Part shown: piece after piece, positions 36,558 through 46,030 of the stretch
Layout of the letters: every line of letters begins with the position of its first letter
Numbering within the stretch: the stretch's first letter is position 1
Source of the DNA: an uncultured Alphaproteobacteria bacterium
GTDB taxonomy: Bacteria > Pseudomonadota > Alphaproteobacteria > UBA11222
Direction of reading: 5' to 3'
NCBI GenBank assembly: GCA_947085465.1
Contig: CAMTWQ010000014.1
Location: 3,904 to 67,903, forward strand
Length of the DNA: 64,000 bases
Notes under the pieces: model-generated
Told to the model about the DNA's origin: nothing
The model's database searches: none
The model's input: only the letters and a program-made list of their open reading frames with translations
Position numbers and translations under genes: made by a program

Positions 36558-37769
36558 GTGAATGGCCAGAGGCTGTTTGTGCCGTTTGCGTCGCCCGGCG
36601 ATACGCTGCTGCTTCAGCCGTCGGGCGGGCGGGCCGTCATCCTCGAAATTCTGACCCCTGGCCCGGATCGCGCCACGCCGCTTTGCAAGCATTTTGGCGA
36701 ATGCGGCGGCTGTGCGTTGCAGCACGTGTCGGATGATTTTGTGGCGCGCTGGAAACGCCAGCAGATTGTCGATGCGCTTAAACGCCAAGGGTTGAGCACG
36801 GACGTGCGGCCAACCCTAACCTGCCCGCCTGGCACGCGCCGCCGTGCGGCGTTTATGCTGGAGCGGGCGCCGGTTGGCGGCGTGGTTCAGGCGGGATTTC
36901 GCGCCCGGCTCAGCCACCGGCTGATTGCCCTTGAAGAATGTCATGTGCTCGATCCTGCGATCCTGTGCGTTCTGCCTGGGCTTGCCCGGCTGGCCGCGCC
37001 GCTGCTTCACGCCAAGGGGCAAGCGCGCACGGTGGTCAATCTGACACTGACGGGCCTTGATGTCAGCGCGGTGATGGACAGAGCTTCGACCTTGACGTTG
37101 TCACAGCTTACCCATCTGGCGGAAATGGCCGATGCGCTCGATCTGGCGCGGCTGGCGTGGAACGGCGAGATTGTAGTGGCGCGGCGCAACCCGCAGGTGA
37201 ATTTCGCGGGCGTTGCGGTTTTGCCGCCGCCTGGCGCATTCATGCAGGCCAGCCCAGAGGGCGAGGCGGCGCTTGTGTCGTTGGTAATGGAGGCGCTTGG
37301 CAATGAAACCGGCAGGGAAACCGGAAGGGCGCTGGAGCTGTTTGCTGGTTGCGGCACGTTTACGTTTCCGGCTGCGCGTTACTGCGCCGTCGATGCTGTT
37401 GAGGGCGATGCGGCGATGGCGGCGGCCCTGCGCCATGCGGCGGCAAATGCGGCGGGCGTTAAGCCGGTGACGGTTAGCACGCGCGATCTGTTCAAGCGGC
37501 CCTTGATGCCCAATGAACTGGCGTCTTATTCAACGGTTATTTTTGATCCGCCTGAAGCGGGCGCAGAGGTCCAAGCCCTGCAAATTTCCGCAACGCCAGC
37601 GGCTAAATCGAAACTGAAGCGGGTGATCGGCGTTTCATGCGATGCATTAAGCTTTGCCAGAGATGCGCGGATTCTGGCGGACGGGGGATTTGCGCTGCAA
37701 TGGGTAGCGCCGGTTGATCAGTTCCGCTGGTCGGCGCAGATTGAATTGGCCGCGCTGTTTGTGCGCTAG
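36558..37769 (+). CDS. class I SAM-dependent RNA (uracil-5) methyltransferase, TrmA/RlmD family
   Basis: Fe-S cysteine cluster CKHFGECGGCALQH and a C-terminal methyltransferase fold (LFAGCGTFTF, VIFDPP). The conserved N-terminal segment continues upstream to the CTG at 36459 with no canonical start (see findings). Confidence 0.8.
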   Translation: MNGQRLFVPFASPGDTLLLQPSGGRAVILEILTPGPDRATPLCKHFGECGGCALQHVSDDFVARWKRQQIVDALKRQGLSTDVRPTLTCPPGTRRRAAFMLERAPVGGVVQAGFRARLSHRLIALEECHVLDPAILCVLPGLARLAAPLLHAKGQARTVVNLTLTGLDVSAVMDRASTLTLSQLTHLAEMADALDLARLAWNGEIVVARRNPQVNFAGVAVLPPPGAFMQASPEGEAALVSLVMEALGNETGRETGRALELFAGCGTFTFPAARYCAVDAVEGDAAMAAALRHAAANAAGVKPVTVSTRDLFKRPLMPNELASYSTVIFDPPEAGAEVQALQISATPAAKSKLKRVIGVSCDALSFARDARILADGGFALQWVAPVDQFRWSAQIELAALFVR

Positions 37770-37840
37770 GGTCTATTTAATTATTTAGAGCCATTTCTGA
37801 TCTCATTGAACCAGATGGTTCAGCATAGACAAAACAGAAT

Positions 37841-39178
37841 CTAGCCCCTAATCGCCTCCGCAGCGCAAGGGGCGATGCGATCCGGGTTGGAATCAAGATC
37901 CTCACGCAGTGTCAGGCCGGCGAAATAATAATGTACGCCCGCCAAAATGTTGAACAGGAATGCGAACGTCAGTGAAATGCGCAAGGATTCCTCGCCATAT
38001 TCCGGTTTCAGATAATCGCTGAGCACACCGACCAAAAACGGCCCCAATCCCAAGCCAATTAAACTGATGACGAACAGCAATATGGCCGAGGCAATGGCGC
38101 GCATGCGCACCTCGGCCAAACCCTGGATTACGGCAAATGTCGGCCCAAGATAGATATACCCAAAGAATAGCGGCAGCGTGAGCATCATCAGCGTCACATA
38201 TTTATCGTAAGACATAATAGCAACAAGGAAAAATGGCACGCCAGCGGCAAGCGTGATGCCGGGAATCCACACATACCAGCGCCGGTCGCTCTTGGCCCAG
38301 CGGTCCGACCAGAAGCCGCCTATGAAGGTGCCAAGGCCCGCAGAAATACCAATCAGCAAAGACAGCCAGGTGCCGATTTCGCCGCTGCTCATTTGATAGG
38401 AACGGGCAAAAAACGCCGGCAGCCAGCCATTGACGCCATAACTGACAAACGCATGAGCCGCGACGCCAAGCGTCACGTGGCGAAACGAACGGCGCGCCCA
38501 TAGATATCTCACCACCTCCATTAGCGGGGCAGGTTCCTGGTGCCTGCGAACGACATCTGTATTGCCGCGCGGCGGCTCTTTCACCGTCATGCGGACAATG
38601 ATCCCCATCAATATCCCCGGTAACCCAACGACGATGAACGCCGTGCGCCAGTCGAAAAAATGCACAAGCCAACCGCCGGCCATCAAGCCGATCAGCGTTC
38701 CTATGGGAACGCCCATCGAGTAGATGCCCATGGCGCTGGCCCGTGTCTCGGGGGTAAAATAATCAGAAATAAGCGAATGCGAAGACGGGCTGGCGCCAGC
38801 CTCGCCAATGGCGACGCCAACCCTGCCCGCCATCAGTTGCCAGAAATTCCCCGCCAATCCGCATACCGCCGTCATCAGGCTCCATGCGGCCAGGCACCAG
38901 GAGATGATATTTACCCGCGAACTGCGATCCGCCAGCCGCGCAATGGGAATACCCATGGTCGCATAAAAAATCGCAAACGCGACGCCCGATAAAAAGCCAA
39001 GCTGCGTATCGGAAAGACCGAGATCCTTGCGGATCGGCTCCAGCAGGATCGACAGGATTTGCCGGTCGATAAAATTAAAAACATACACGACAACCAATAC
39101 GCCTAATACATAATGCTTATAGCGATTGGTAAAACTTACGCGCTCTTCCAGCCCCGGTGATTTTACAGCTTTACTCAT
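37841..39178 (-). CDS. MFS transporter (Spinster-like)
   Basis: Twelve TM helices and the GIPIARLADRSSR motif. It is a paralog of 39505-40815. Confidence 0.85.
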   Translation of the reverse strand: MSKAVKSPGLEERVSFTNRYKHYVLGVLVVVYVFNFIDRQILSILLEPIRKDLGLSDTQLGFLSGVAFAIFYATMGIPIARLADRSSRVNIISWCLAAWSLMTAVCGLAGNFWQLMAGRVGVAIGEAGASPSSHSLISDYFTPETRASAMGIYSMGVPIGTLIGLMAGGWLVHFFDWRTAFIVVGLPGILMGIIVRMTVKEPPRGNTDVVRRHQEPAPLMEVVRYLWARRSFRHVTLGVAAHAFVSYGVNGWLPAFFARSYQMSSGEIGTWLSLLIGISAGLGTFIGGFWSDRWAKSDRRWYVWIPGITLAAGVPFFLVAIMSYDKYVTLMMLTLPLFFGYIYLGPTFAVIQGLAEVRMRAIASAILLFVISLIGLGLGPFLVGVLSDYLKPEYGEESLRISLTFAFLFNILAGVHYYFAGLTLREDLDSNPDRIAPCAAEAIRG

Positions 39179-39326
39179 ACATGCCCCCGCACTTGCCAGT
39201 CAAATATCACGGACCGGCAATTATTATAATAGTTGTTGGTGACTGTTGCTGATTTTTTCCGGTTTGGCCAGCGTAATTATTTAATACTACGAACTTGCAA
39301 AGCAAGTATTTGTGAGCAGATTTTAT

Positions 39327-39496
39327 CTAGAGCATTTTCAGCCTTCACGGAGTCACGTGACTCCGCGTTGGCGCCAAGAAATGCGGTTGAATAATAGCCA
39401 GAGCGTTTTGAAATCGGCTGAAAATGCTCTAATTTTATATCTGGCCGCGTTTCTGGCCGGAAAACCCGGTCCGGGTTTTCCTATAAACGTTCTAGC
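39327..39496. repeat. mosaic hairpin repeat: unit E with arm insert (39327-39431) + unit F (39428-39496), inverse of 27864-28032
   Basis: Reverse complement of the F-E block in the 27864 cluster with a few substitutions. Confidence 0.9.
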
Positions 39497-39504
39497 GTCG
39501 CGCG

Positions 39505-40815
39505 CTATTTTGCGCGATCCGGATTTGACGCAAAATCGTCACGCAAAGTCTTCGCCCCCAAGAGATAGTGCACCCCCGACCACAGATTGACCAAAAACAC
39601 GCCCATCAGCGCGTAGCGTAATGATTCCACGCCAAATGCCGGTTTCAGAAAATCGCTTAGCATGCCAACCGCCAAAGGCCCAAGCCCGAGGCCGATCAAA
39701 TTCACCATAAAGATATATATGGCTGCCGAGATCGCCCGCATCCGCACCTGCGCCAATCCCTGAATAATCGCCAAGGTTGGCCCGTGATAGAAGGCGCCAA
39801 AAAACGCTGGCACGACATAAATCAGTAGCGCCCAATATTTGCCCTCCGCCTGGAAGGCGAAAAACGAAAATGGCACAGTGATCATCAGCGTGACCGCCGA
39901 AATCCATACATACCAGCGCAGGTCCTTTTTGCCATAATAATCGCCGAGATACCCGCCAATAAGGGTGCCAAGACCACCGACAATTCCCGCCAGCATGGCA
40001 AGCCAGGTGCCGATCTCCCCGCCGCCCATATGATGCGAGCGGGCAAGAAATGACGGCAGCCAGCTAATGACGCCATAGCCGACAAATGCATGCAGGCTTG
40101 CGGCAAATGCGACGTGGCGAAATGAGCGCATCCCCCAGAGATACGCCGCCACCTCACGCAAGCTTACATGCGCGGTGTCATGTTGTGCGATCTCGGAATG
40201 ACCACGCGGCGGCTCAATTATGGTCAGCTTGACAATCACCGCCATCAGAACCCCCGGCAGCCCGACAACAACAAAGGCGGTGCGCCAGCCAAAATATTCT
40301 TCAATCCAGCCGCCCGCCAGAAATCCGATCATCACGCCGATCGGAACGCCAAGCGAATAAATACCCAATGCGGTTGATCGTGTTTCAGGCGCGAAATAAT
40401 CCGCGACCAGCGAATGCGCGGGCGGACTGCAACCGGCCTCGCCAATGCCAACGCCAATCCGCGCCAGCAACAATTGCCAGAAATTCTGCGCCAGTCCGCA
40501 TACCGCAGTCATTACACTCCAGATAGTGATGGATGCGCTGATGATGTTCACGCGCGAGCTGCGATCCGCCAGCCGCGCAATGGGTATCCCGAAAGTCACA
40601 TAAAAAATGGCGAAGGCGACGCCGGAAAGCAGCCCGAGCTGTGTGTCCGAGAGGCCAAGATCCAGTTTAATCGGCTGTAACAGGATCGATAGAATTTGCC
40701 GGTCGATGAAATTGAAAACATAAACAACAACCAGTATGCCCAATACATAGCGCCGGTAATTGTCTGTAAACGACACGCTCGCCTGGGGTGCAGATGGTGC
40801 TGTAATATCGCTCAC
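39505..40815 (-). CDS. MFS transporter (Spinster-like), tandem paralog
   Basis: Collinear similarity with 37841-39178 from the N-terminus onward (YVLGILVVVYVFNFIDRQILSILL...). GTG start with GGAGG 7 nt upstream. Confidence 0.85.
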   Translation of the reverse strand: MSDITAPSAPQASVSFTDNYRRYVLGILVVVYVFNFIDRQILSILLQPIKLDLGLSDTQLGLLSGVAFAIFYVTFGIPIARLADRSSRVNIISASITIWSVMTAVCGLAQNFWQLLLARIGVGIGEAGCSPPAHSLVADYFAPETRSTALGIYSLGVPIGVMIGFLAGGWIEEYFGWRTAFVVVGLPGVLMAVIVKLTIIEPPRGHSEIAQHDTAHVSLREVAAYLWGMRSFRHVAFAASLHAFVGYGVISWLPSFLARSHHMGGGEIGTWLAMLAGIVGGLGTLIGGYLGDYYGKKDLRWYVWISAVTLMITVPFSFFAFQAEGKYWALLIYVVPAFFGAFYHGPTLAIIQGLAQVRMRAISAAIYIFMVNLIGLGLGPLAVGMLSDFLKPAFGVESLRYALMGVFLVNLWSGVHYLLGAKTLRDDFASNPDRAK

Positions 40816-41072
40816 GCCACACCTCCATCGCTGGCCTTTATAACGGCCAGTCAGTTATTATTTTCTTCCCTGAACTATTGCCTATTATTACCGGCTTGGC
40901 TATACCCAATATCTCAATAGGTTGTTCACAGAGCAACGATGAGGCATCTGGGTTTTGTGACAAACCAGCATCCTCAGGAGTCGCCCCGTGCATACACACA
41001 GGAACGCCAACCTGGCTCGTCAGGGAGAGAACAAATCATCGCCGTTACCTGGCGGGTGAAACGCCGCGCTTT

Positions 41073-41186
41073 TAGACCATTTCCTGATCGGATTGAATCA
41101 ATCCGATCAGGAAATGGTCTAACACATTTATTTTAGAGCCTTTCTTATCCGGTCAGGTTGGTGCAACCTGACCTGGAAAGGCTCTA
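41073..41186. repeat. composite hairpin repeat C (41073-41121, perfect 24+1+24 palindrome) + linker + D (41134-41186)
   Basis: Third copy of the C-D block. The terminal CTA is the TAG stop of the CoA-transferase gene. Confidence 0.9.
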
Positions 41187-42371
41187 CGCTCCCAGGACCA
41201 CATTAGCGGCGCGCAGCGCCGTTAGTTCCGCCTCGCTTAACCCAAGCAGGCCACCGAAGATTTCCTGATTATGCTGGCCATATTCCGAGATCAGCGGGCG
41301 CAGGCGGTTATCCGCATACTTGCTGCGTAACGGCGTGTTGGGCATTTTAATATCCCCTCTGCCGTCATTGGCAATGACCTGTGATCCGCGCACGGCGACC
41401 TGCGGAAGGTTCATCGATTCTTCCATGGTGAGAAAACGGGTAATCGGGCTGCCGCCGGCGCTGATAATTTTCTCGGCCTCCTCGGCGGTGTAATCCTTCG
41501 CCCAATCCTCAATCGCCGCCATCAGCCCTTCCCATGCCTCGAAATGGGTTTTCGTGTTAAGTGGAAATCTTTCCTTCCATTCCGGTTTGCCGATTGCATT
41601 CAGTAAATCGGTGTAATTTTTCGCGGTCACCGGCGCGATCATGAAAAATCCCTCTTTCGCCTTGATCGGGATGTTTACCGGCGTGCCGCTACGCATGGGA
41701 AATTGCGCTTCCTGATATTCAAATGCCAGCACACTGTGCATGACATCCAGCATGGAAATGTCGATACGCTCGCCTTCACCAGTGCGCTCACGCCGGAACA
41801 GCGCTGCCGTCATCGCCGCCATGGCGTGGGTCGCGCTCATATAATCCGCCGTCGCATCATTGGCGCGCAGGGGTTTTTTTAGCGCCGGTTCAATCGCCAT
41901 TTTGGCGAGTTCCCAGCCGCTCGCCGCATGGATGATGGGGGCATAGGCGGATAATTCAGCGGCCGGCCCTTCTTGGCCGAAGCCGCACACCGAGGCGTAA
42001 ATGATGTCTGGCTTGCGCGCCTTCATGGCGTCGTAATCAAGGCCGTATTTTTTCATCACGCCGGGGCGGTTATTTTCAAAAACCACGTCGCATTTATCCA
42101 GCAGTCGGAACACCAGATCGACGCCCTCGGGCTTGGTCATATCAAGTGAGATGCTCTTCTTGCCCGCATTCAATTGCGCATAGGCCGCGCCCTTGCCTTT
42201 GCGGCGCGGCACGGTTGTGCGCACTAAATCCCCACCGGGCGGCTCAAGCTTGATAATCTCGGCACCCAGGTCCGCCATCAGGCGCGTGGCGTAAGGCCCG
42301 GCAATGTATGATGTGAAATCAAGCACCCGAACACCGGCAAGCGCGCCGTCCTTAGCTGATGGTTTTGTCAT
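41184..42371 (-). CDS. CaiB/BaiF family (class III) CoA-transferase, paralog 1
   Basis: GVRVLDFTSYIAGPYATRLMADLGAEIIKLEPPGGD is the typical family-III N-terminus. Confidence 0.88.
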   Translation of the reverse strand: MTKPSAKDGALAGVRVLDFTSYIAGPYATRLMADLGAEIIKLEPPGGDLVRTTVPRRKGKGAAYAQLNAGKKSISLDMTKPEGVDLVFRLLDKCDVVFENNRPGVMKKYGLDYDAMKARKPDIIYASVCGFGQEGPAAELSAYAPIIHAASGWELAKMAIEPALKKPLRANDATADYMSATHAMAAMTAALFRRERTGEGERIDISMLDVMHSVLAFEYQEAQFPMRSGTPVNIPIKAKEGFFMIAPVTAKNYTDLLNAIGKPEWKERFPLNTKTHFEAWEGLMAAIEDWAKDYTAEEAEKIISAGGSPITRFLTMEESMNLPQVAVRGSQVIANDGRGDIKMPNTPLRSKYADNRLRPLISEYGQHNQEIFGGLLGLSEAELTALRAANVVLGA

Positions 42372-42401
42372 GTTGCTCTCCTTTTCAAATAGGCAAGATT
42401 A

Positions 42402-43595
42402 TTAGGCCGTAAATAGCACTCCCGATTCCGCCAGGCGGCTGGTGTCCGCCGGACTTAGGCCGAGCCAGCTTTGCAGCACTTCCGCATTATGCTCGCCCAG
42501 ATCGGCGACATAGCGGCCAGGCCGCGAATGCGACTGATTTAACCGCAGCGGGCTGGCGGGAATCATGAATGGGCCAGAGCCATCCTCCACCTCCACCGCG
42601 CTTTCGCGGAAATCGGCCTGCGGCCCATGCATCGCCGACCAGACATCAGTGTAGCGCGCGCACGGGCAGCCGCCTTCGCGGATAATATCTTCGGCTTCCT
42701 CGGCGGTGCGCGTCGCCGCCCATTCTTCGACCGCGCTCAGCACTAATGCGAAATTTTTCATCCGCTCAGCGCCGGAAAGCGGAAATTTTTGCAGCCATTC
42801 CGGGTGTCCGCAGGCATTGGCGAGATCGCGGAAATTATTCGCCGACAGTGGCAGGACCAGGATGAAGCCATCCTTGGCGCGAATGGGCCGATAATCCGGG
42901 CGGGCCCTCTCGGCCTTGAATTGCAATTCCTGGATTTCATAGGCCAGCAGGTTTTGCATCGCCTCGGTCATTGAAATGTCGATTTCCTCGCCCTTGCCGG
43001 TGCGTTCGCGCTTGAGCAGCGCTGCGCTGATCGCCCCCATGGCGAATGTGGCGGCAAGATAATCGGCCGTGGCGTTAGAGCCATTAAGCGGGCGGTCAAG
43101 ATTCTTGTTGTACGAGAGGATCGCATGCTCAAAGCCGCTTGAGGCATGCACGATCGGCGCATAGGCCGCCCAGTGGGCCGCCGGCCCCTCCTGGCCGTAG
43201 CCCGAGATGCTGCAATAAATAATATCAGGATTGATTTTGCGCAGATCGGTATAGCCGAGCTTCAGGCGCTTCATCACGCCGGGGCGGAAATTTTGCAGCA
43301 CAACGTCAGTCTTTTCGGCGAGTTTCAGCACGAGATCAAGCGCGCGCTTGTCTTTAAGATCGAGACAGAGGCTTTTCTTGCCGCAATTGATCTGCCCGAA
43401 ATACGTGCTGCGGCCTTTCCGGCGGGGCGTCATGCCGCGCAATAGATCACCGTTCGGCGCCTCGACTTTCACAACTTCGGCGCCCAGATCCGCAAGTAGC
43501 CGCGCCCCAAAGGGGCCGGCGACGGCGCCGCTGAAGTCAAGTACGCGGATGCCGCTCAACGCGCCAGGCGCGGTCATTTTCACAACTTTACTCAT
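42402..43595 (-). CDS. CaiB/BaiF family (class III) CoA-transferase, paralog 2
   Basis: GIRVLDFSGAVAGPFGARLLADLGAEVVKVEAPNGD, collinear with paralogs 1 and 3. Confidence 0.88.
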   Translation of the reverse strand: MSKVVKMTAPGALSGIRVLDFSGAVAGPFGARLLADLGAEVVKVEAPNGDLLRGMTPRRKGRSTYFGQINCGKKSLCLDLKDKRALDLVLKLAEKTDVVLQNFRPGVMKRLKLGYTDLRKINPDIIYCSISGYGQEGPAAHWAAYAPIVHASSGFEHAILSYNKNLDRPLNGSNATADYLAATFAMGAISAALLKRERTGKGEEIDISMTEAMQNLLAYEIQELQFKAERARPDYRPIRAKDGFILVLPLSANNFRDLANACGHPEWLQKFPLSGAERMKNFALVLSAVEEWAATRTAEEAEDIIREGGCPCARYTDVWSAMHGPQADFRESAVEVEDGSGPFMIPASPLRLNQSHSRPGRYVADLGEHNAEVLQSWLGLSPADTSRLAESGVLFTA

Positions 43596-43612
43596 CGAAA
43601 TTTATTCCCATC

Positions 43613-44815
43613 TTACGCCACCGTTTTTTCTTTTTGCACAACGCCGGATTCCACAAGCGCCGCAAAATCCCGAGGCGTTACGCCAAGAAGGTTCTCCAAT
43701 ATCTGCGCATTATGCTCGCCCAGGAACGGCACATGCTCCCGGATGCGCGATTCCGAATCGCACATTCGCAGCGGCGTATTCGCAACCGTGAAGGGGCCAT
43801 TGCCGTCTTCAACCTCCAGTGAGGATATGCGGAACTGTGCCTGGGGTTCCGCCAGGGCTTCCTCCACGCGGCGCAATCGCCCAACCGGGCAGCCGCCCGC
43901 GCCAATGATCTGTTCAGCCTGGGCGGCGGTAAGCTCGGATGCCCACGCCTCAACTTCGTTCAGAAGATTTTCCCAGTTCTTCAAGCGCTCCGGCACTTGA
44001 AGCGGGTATTTTGTCTGCCATTCCGGATGTCCGCAGGATTTACACAGGTCGGCAAAGTTGCTCGGCGATAGCGGATTGACGACGAAAAACCCCTCTTTCG
44101 CTTTAATCGCGCGATATTTCAATCGCGCTCCCTGCATTTTCATTTTTGCTTCCTGGATCTCGTTGGTCAGCGCGTTGTACATCACCTCGGTCATGGCGAT
44201 GTCTATTTCCTCGCCGCGCCCGGTGCGTTCGCGGCGGAACAGCGCTGCGAGGATCGCGGCGTTGCCATGCACGCCCGTCATATAGTCGGCAAATGGGACA
44301 GAGCCGTTCAACGGCGTTTTGTTGTCCTCCTGCCACGCCATCATGGATAGATCGAGGCCGGAAGTGGCGTGTATGATTGGCGCGAACGCCGCCCAGTCAG
44401 AAGCGGGACCTTCCTGTCCAAAGCCCGACATGTTGCAGTAGATGATTTTCGGGTTGACCGCTTTTAGATCCTTGTAGCCAAGCCCAAATTCACGCATCAC
44501 GCCGGGGCGGAAATTTTGCACTGCGACATCGCTTTTTTCCGCAAGTTTCAACACTAGATCAATTGCGCGCTTGTCTTTTAGATTCAGGCAGATGCTTTTC
44601 TTGCCGGCGTTCAGTTGTCCGAAATAAGTGCTGCGGCCCTTGCGGCGTGGCAAGGTCTGGCGCAGCAGATCACCAACCGGGGGTTCAATTTTGATTACTT
44701 CCGCTCCGAGATCAGCCATCAGCCGCGTGGCGTATGGTCCTGCGATCACCCCGGTAAAGTCGACCACCCGGACGCCCTCTAACGCGCCCGGCGTGGTATG
44801 CGCCTGGATCGACAT
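43613..44815 (-). CDS. CaiB/BaiF family (class III) CoA-transferase, paralog 3
   Basis: GVRVVDFTGVIAGPYATRLMADLGAEVIKIEPPVGD, and closest to paralog 2. Confidence 0.88.
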   Translation of the reverse strand: MSIQAHTTPGALEGVRVVDFTGVIAGPYATRLMADLGAEVIKIEPPVGDLLRQTLPRRKGRSTYFGQLNAGKKSICLNLKDKRAIDLVLKLAEKSDVAVQNFRPGVMREFGLGYKDLKAVNPKIIYCNMSGFGQEGPASDWAAFAPIIHATSGLDLSMMAWQEDNKTPLNGSVPFADYMTGVHGNAAILAALFRRERTGRGEEIDIAMTEVMYNALTNEIQEAKMKMQGARLKYRAIKAKEGFFVVNPLSPSNFADLCKSCGHPEWQTKYPLQVPERLKNWENLLNEVEAWASELTAAQAEQIIGAGGCPVGRLRRVEEALAEPQAQFRISSLEVEDGNGPFTVANTPLRMCDSESRIREHVPFLGEHNAQILENLLGVTPRDFAALVESGVVQKEKTVA

Positions 44816-44851
44816 GCTTTCCCTCTCCCTGTCCTTGTTATAGCAATATGT

Positions 44852-44877
44852 TTATTCGCCCATGATGGGACGAATAA
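44852..44877. promoter_or_regulatory. inverted repeat TTATTCG-N12-CGAATAA upstream of the CoA-transferase operon, candidate operator
   Basis: Seen about 40 nt upstream of the start of paralog 3. No regulator gene is adjacent. Confidence 0.2.
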
Positions 44878-44917
44878 GGAGCAAGGTAAATAGGAATTAG
44901 TCCAGGGTGAGGTGGCT

Positions 44918-45238
44918 TTACGCCAGGATATCCAATAAAGCGCCGTGCATCTCATTGGCGGTGCGGATAACGGTCGCAGAAGCCTTAAACTCCTGCTTGC
45001 CGCGTATCAGCCCTACAAGCTCTTCCGCCAGGCCGGCGCCAGGATATTGCTGGTCCCCCGGGCGTGGTTTTTCATCACGTTGCACCCGCACTAAGGGACC
45101 TGCCGTGGTAGAAATCTGGTTGGCTCTCAAGCGAGCATAGTCCGGCGTCGTAATATTAACAATATTCTCAGTGTGAACCGCTATCCGGGTTTGGGCGGTG
45201 CGCATGCCAGTGACAGCAATGTTCATAATCGGGTTCAT
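44918..45238 (-). CDS. short flagellar rod-protein-like protein (FlgC/FlgB-type N- and C-terminal motifs)
   Basis: NIAVTGMRTAQTRIAVHTENIVNITTPDYAR matches the Flg_bb_rod N-motif. EELVGLIRGKQEFKASATVIRTANEMHGALLDI matches the rod C-terminal motif. Start placed at MNPIMNI (45238) without a clear SD; the track ORF runs to 45436. Confidence 0.45.
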   Translation of the reverse strand: MNPIMNIAVTGMRTAQTRIAVHTENIVNITTPDYARLRANQISTTAGPLVRVQRDEKPRPGDQQYPGAGLAEELVGLIRGKQEFKASATVIRTANEMHGALLDILA

Positions 45239-45296
45239 GGGTGAAATATGGGATCGCCCAGTAAGTTGGGCAAGTTCATGCGTCACCAACCCGGTC

Positions 45297-46007
45297 TTAT
45301 TGGGTGCTGGAGGCAACCCGCCGGTAGGCCGAAACCACATAGAAACACAAGAACATCGCGAGATACATCTCTTGCGCCTCGCTGGCCCTGACATCGAATG
45401 GATGCGGAATGAGGCGTCCAATTGAAAAGGCGACATCCTCGGGAACGCGCACCAGGGCGACCATCAGGCCTGGGATAATGCACTCCCGCCTGGGTAATAT
45501 CCAATAGCGCCAATCCTGTGGGGCGCCTGTTTTAAGCAGGCCAAGCGCCGCCAGCAGGGGCGCGCCAATGCCGCCAACCGTTGCCCAAAGCACGACCATC
45601 AGACGCGGTTTTTGGTCCAGCCAACTGCTTATATTATGCAGATTTGTCTCACCTTGGTCGTTCAACGCCCTAAGGGTTTCCGGGGTTTGCCAGCCAAAAA
45701 AATGCTGTCCCCAGCTTATTTCCTCACCTGCAAAATAAAACGACCCGAGCGCGAACAACAGGAACCAGACCGCCATCCATTTCGCGGGCAAAAGCGCCGG
45801 GCGGCGAGCGATTAAAATGCCGGCGGTAACAGCGCCTAATAACAGCGCCGGCGTCGCCATTTCGATCAGGCCGCGCTCCCCTTCGATCCAGACGCTAAAG
45901 AAGAGCGGATTTATATAGTTTGCCAGAATGACGGCCGGTAAAATGGCTGGCGCAAGGATAAGCCACAGCCATTTCGGTAAATCGTCAGGTGGCGGCGTGT
46001 TGCGCAT
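45297..46007 (-). CDS. hypothetical integral membrane protein
   Basis: 236-aa ORF with about six hydrophobic segments and no recognised motif. Confidence 0.6.
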   Translation of the reverse strand: MRNTPPPDDLPKWLWLILAPAILPAVILANYINPLFFSVWIEGERGLIEMATPALLLGAVTAGILIARRPALLPAKWMAVWFLLFALGSFYFAGEEISWGQHFFGWQTPETLRALNDQGETNLHNISSWLDQKPRLMVVLWATVGGIGAPLLAALGLLKTGAPQDWRYWILPRRECIIPGLMVALVRVPEDVAFSIGRLIPHPFDVRASEAQEMYLAMFLCFYVVSAYRRVASSTQ

Positions 46008-46030
46008 TCAAATTATCTGTCACCTGGATA

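Noticed and set aside
37784-37846. Possible degenerate member of the hairpin-repeat superfamily between the RNA methyltransferase and MFS paralog 1. It starts TAGAGCCATTTCTGATC and ends TCTAGC, with the TAG serving as the MFS stop.
   Set aside because: The two arms do not pair convincingly, and similarity to units C and G is limited to about 12 nt. It could be a decayed copy but cannot be supported.
40816-41072. Riboswitch or structured leader upstream of MFS paralog 2.
   Set aside because: The leader is long, but I could not match it to any riboswitch consensus I know (TPP, glycine, guanidine, ZTP, fluoride, SAM-II, B12). Only short local hairpins are present. It is kept as a remark under the MFS finding.
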